A stretch of 57,057 nucleotides of DNA from assembly GCA_964596545.1 (NCBI GenBank), contig CAZQUP010000004.1, positions 15,868 through 72,924 of the forward strand, read 5' to 3'. Of this stretch, positions 55,053 to 57,057 are shown in pieces. This stretch comes from an uncultured Desulfatibacillum sp. (lineage in GTDB: Bacteria > Desulfobacterota > Desulfobacteria > Desulfobacterales > SpSt-501). The translations under genes were made by a program, and so were the position numbers. Under the pieces are notes generated by a model. It did no database searches. It was not told the DNA's origin and saw only the letters and a list, made by a program, of their open reading frames with translations. How positions within the stretch are numbered: position 1 is the first letter of the stretch; the number at the start of each line of letters is the position of its first letter.

Positions 55053-55634
55053 ATGCAGGACTATCTCCTCATGATCGTGGCCGCGGTCTTCATCAACAAC
55101 ATCGTCTTGATCCGGTTCATGGGCAACTGCCCTCTCGTCGGGGTTACGAGCTCCATGGAAAGCGCCTTCGGGATGGGAGCCGCGGTCGTCTTCGTGACCA
55201 CCCTCGCGGGGACCGCCTGCTGGATCGTGCAGCGCCTCGTCCTCGAGCCGCTCGGGATCGAGTACCTCCAGACCCTCGTCTTCATCCTGATCATCGCCAG
55301 CCTCGTGCAATTCGTGGAAATCGTCCTTCAGAAAACGGCCCCTCCGCTTTACCGCACCCTCGGTATCTACCTCCCCCTCATCACTACCAATTGCATGGTC
55401 TTCGGATCCTCCATCCTCAACATCAAACAGGACCACTCCTTCATGCAGACGCTCGTCTTCTCGCTCGCCTCGGCGGTCGGTTTCTCCCTGGTGCTGGTGT
55501 TCATGGCCGGGCTGCGCGAACGCATGGAAGCCGCCGGCAAGGTGCCGACCGCGCTCTGCGGTGTTCCCATCACCCTGATCACGGCCGGTATGATGGGCTT
55601 GAGCTTCGCCGGGCTGCTCGGCATGGCGAAGTAA
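55053..55634 (+). CDS. rnfA: Rnf complex subunit A
   Basis: 'INNIVL..F.G.CP', 'LGIYLPLITTNC'. Confidence 0.92.
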   Translation: MQDYLLMIVAAVFINNIVLIRFMGNCPLVGVTSSMESAFGMGAAVVFVTTLAGTACWIVQRLVLEPLGIEYLQTLVFILIIASLVQFVEIVLQKTAPPLYRTLGIYLPLITTNCMVFGSSILNIKQDHSFMQTLVFSLASAVGFSLVLVFMAGLRERMEAAGKVPTALCGVPITLITAGMMGLSFAGLLGMAK

Positions 55635-55649
55635 ATTCGGGAGAGGAAC

Positions 55650-56477
55650 ATGGAACCCGTCCTCATCGCGATGCTCGCGGTAGGCGCCATCGGCCTTATC
55701 GCCGGAGCGCTGCTCAGCATCGCCGCCAAGGTCTTTTATGTCCCGGTCGACCCGCGCGTGAGTCAGATCGGCGATCTGCTGCCCGGGGCGAACTGCGGAG
55801 GCTGCGGCTTCGCGGGCTGTCTCGATCTCGCCGGCGCGATCGTCAACGGGCAGGTTCCCCCCAACGCCTGCCGCTGCGCCTCCCAAGAGGCGAACCGCCG
55901 GATCGCGGCCTTGATCGGCGCCGCGCTCGAAGAACGGGAACGCGAGGTCGCCTGCATCTTCTGCAAGGGGGACGCGGCCCACGCACGGCGTCGCTTCCGT
56001 TATCTCGGCATCGCCGACTGCCGGGCCGCCGAGATCGTCGCCGGCGGCGACAAGGCGTGCCGCTACGGCTGCCTGGGTCTGGGAACCTGCGTCGCCGCCT
56101 GCATCTTCGACGCCCTGCGGATGGGGGAAGATGGGCTGCCGGTCGTCGACCCCGACCGTTGCACGGCCTGCGGGGTCTGTGTGCGCATCTGCCCGCGGCA
56201 CATCCCGCGGCTGGTTCCCGTCTCCCAGAAGGCGATCGCCTTCTGCACCTCCCACGACCCGGGCAAAGCGGTCAAAGAGGTCTGCGAGGTAGGCTGCATC
56301 GCCTGCGGGCTGTGCAAGAAGGTCTGCCCTGAAAAGGCGATCGAGATCGTCTCGTTTCTGGCCGTCGTGGACCCGGCGAAATGCACCGGCTGCGGGAAAT
56401 GCTTCGAGAAGTGCCCGACCGGGATCATCCGCCCCCCGACGGGGGAAGCCCCCGTGCGACGGCAGGCGGCCGCCTGA
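55650..56477 (+). CDS. rnfB: Rnf complex subunit B (polyferredoxin)
   Basis: N-terminal TM segment, 'LPGANCGGCGFAGC', and several CxxCxxCxxxCP motifs. Confidence 0.92.
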   Translation: MEPVLIAMLAVGAIGLIAGALLSIAAKVFYVPVDPRVSQIGDLLPGANCGGCGFAGCLDLAGAIVNGQVPPNACRCASQEANRRIAALIGAALEEREREVACIFCKGDAAHARRRFRYLGIADCRAAEIVAGGDKACRYGCLGLGTCVAACIFDALRMGEDGLPVVDPDRCTACGVCVRICPRHIPRLVPVSQKAIAFCTSHDPGKAVKEVCEVGCIACGLCKKVCPEKAIEIVSFLAVVDPAKCTGCGKCFEKCPTGIIRPPTGEAPVRRQAAA

Positions 56478-56498
56478 GGGTGAGGAAGGGGCGGACCC

Positions 56499-56978
56499 GT
56501 GGACACGCTCCCCTTTTCCGGGATCTCCCCCGCCGCACCGCGAAAACACGGCGAAGTCCTCGCCCTCGAGGACGGCGGGCGCGCCCGCGTGAAGCTTCGC
56601 CGCGAGGGGCAATGCGCCGCCTGTTCCTGTGCCGCCCTCTGCAGCCCCTTCGGCCGCGATTGGATGGTGCTGAGTGTCGAAAACCCCCTCCACGCGCAGA
56701 TCGGCGATGAGGTCGAAGTCGCCTACCGTACAGCCGGAAAAACGCGGGCCGTCGTTTTGCTCTATCTCCTGCCGCTTGCCGCCCTACTCGCCGGCGCCGT
56801 CCTCGGCCAGGTGAGCGCCTTCCTGGGGGATGCGGACCTGTCGGCCGCGGCGGGCGGTCTGACCGCCACGGCCGCCTGCTTTCTCCTGCTGCGCCGCTAT
56901 TCCCGCCGCCGCCTCGAGGTGAACCCCGCCTTCCGTCCCGTCATCGTGGGCGTCTTCAAGCCCGCCGCAGGGTTCTGA
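56499..56978 (+). CDS. rseC: RseC/MucC-family (SoxR-reducing system) membrane protein
   Basis: 'G.V.......A.V......C..C' N-terminal domain followed by two TM helices. GTG start. Positioned directly after rnfB, as in many genomes. Confidence 0.75.
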   Translation: MDTLPFSGISPAAPRKHGEVLALEDGGRARVKLRREGQCAACSCAALCSPFGRDWMVLSVENPLHAQIGDEVEVAYRTAGKTRAVVLLYLLPLAALLAGAVLGQVSAFLGDADLSAAAGGLTATAACFLLLRRYSRRRLEVNPAFRPVIVGVFKPAAGF

Positions 56979-57057
56979 GCGATCCGCCGGGCGGAAAGAG
57001 CCTTCGGCCGCCGTTCAGAGGAATCGCGCGAGCGACGCGTAGTCGGGGGCGAGCATC

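Noticed and set aside
57015-57057. Minus-strand reading frame ending ...MLAPDYASLARFL-TGA at the right edge.
   Set aside because: Only 14 codons are visible. It is probably the 3' end of a gene lying outside the window, but it cannot be identified.

Overview
This is a very GC-rich 57-kb chromosomal segment (about two-thirds G+C by eye, not computed). Its gene content fits an anaerobic, sulfite/sulfur-respiring or syntrophic deltaproteobacterium-like organism (Thermodesulfobacteriota type). I support about 60 protein genes. I found no rRNA or tRNA genes, no CRISPR array and no transposase or integrase.

Gene order, left to right:
- partial acyl-CoA dehydrogenase, then a KH-domain protein
- a 4-gene 2-oxoacid dehydrogenase complex (E1a, E1b, E2, E3)
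- PaaI thioesterase and dodecin
- a lower-GC patch with a stand-alone C39-like cysteine peptidase
- prenyltransferase-repeat protein and an MFS transporter
- rlpA, gmhB, DUF1178, SH3 protein, HU, a small Cys-rich protein, dksA
- PilZ and YitT
- a lysine-2,3-aminomutase (kamA) plus two Ddl-like ATP-grasp ligases, preceded by a ~430-bp AT-rich gap
- phnX, tal, tkt, rarD
- MEDS histidine kinase and LuxR-type regulator; USP; PilZ-like protein
- nitrilase, AhbA/B-like protein, YjbQ
- dsrC, then Flx-like genes, mvhD and a large tandem hdrA
- miaA, a LarA-like protein, tungsten AOR with a MoaD-like protein, a BKACE enzyme
- livKHMGF
- hybrid kinase, USP, GAF protein
- rnfCDGEAB and rseC

The strongest sequence-level result is that hdrA and mvhD each carry an in-frame TGA exactly where homologues have a conserved Cys. 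They are therefore two selenoproteins that the ORF track splits or truncates.

The most novel-looking locus is the kamA-ATP-grasp-ATP-grasp operon, a candidate beta-lysine ligation pathway with no function I can assign.

Several very long ORFs in the track (561-1030 aa) are alternative-frame or antisense shadow ORFs typical of high-GC DNA, and I rejected them.
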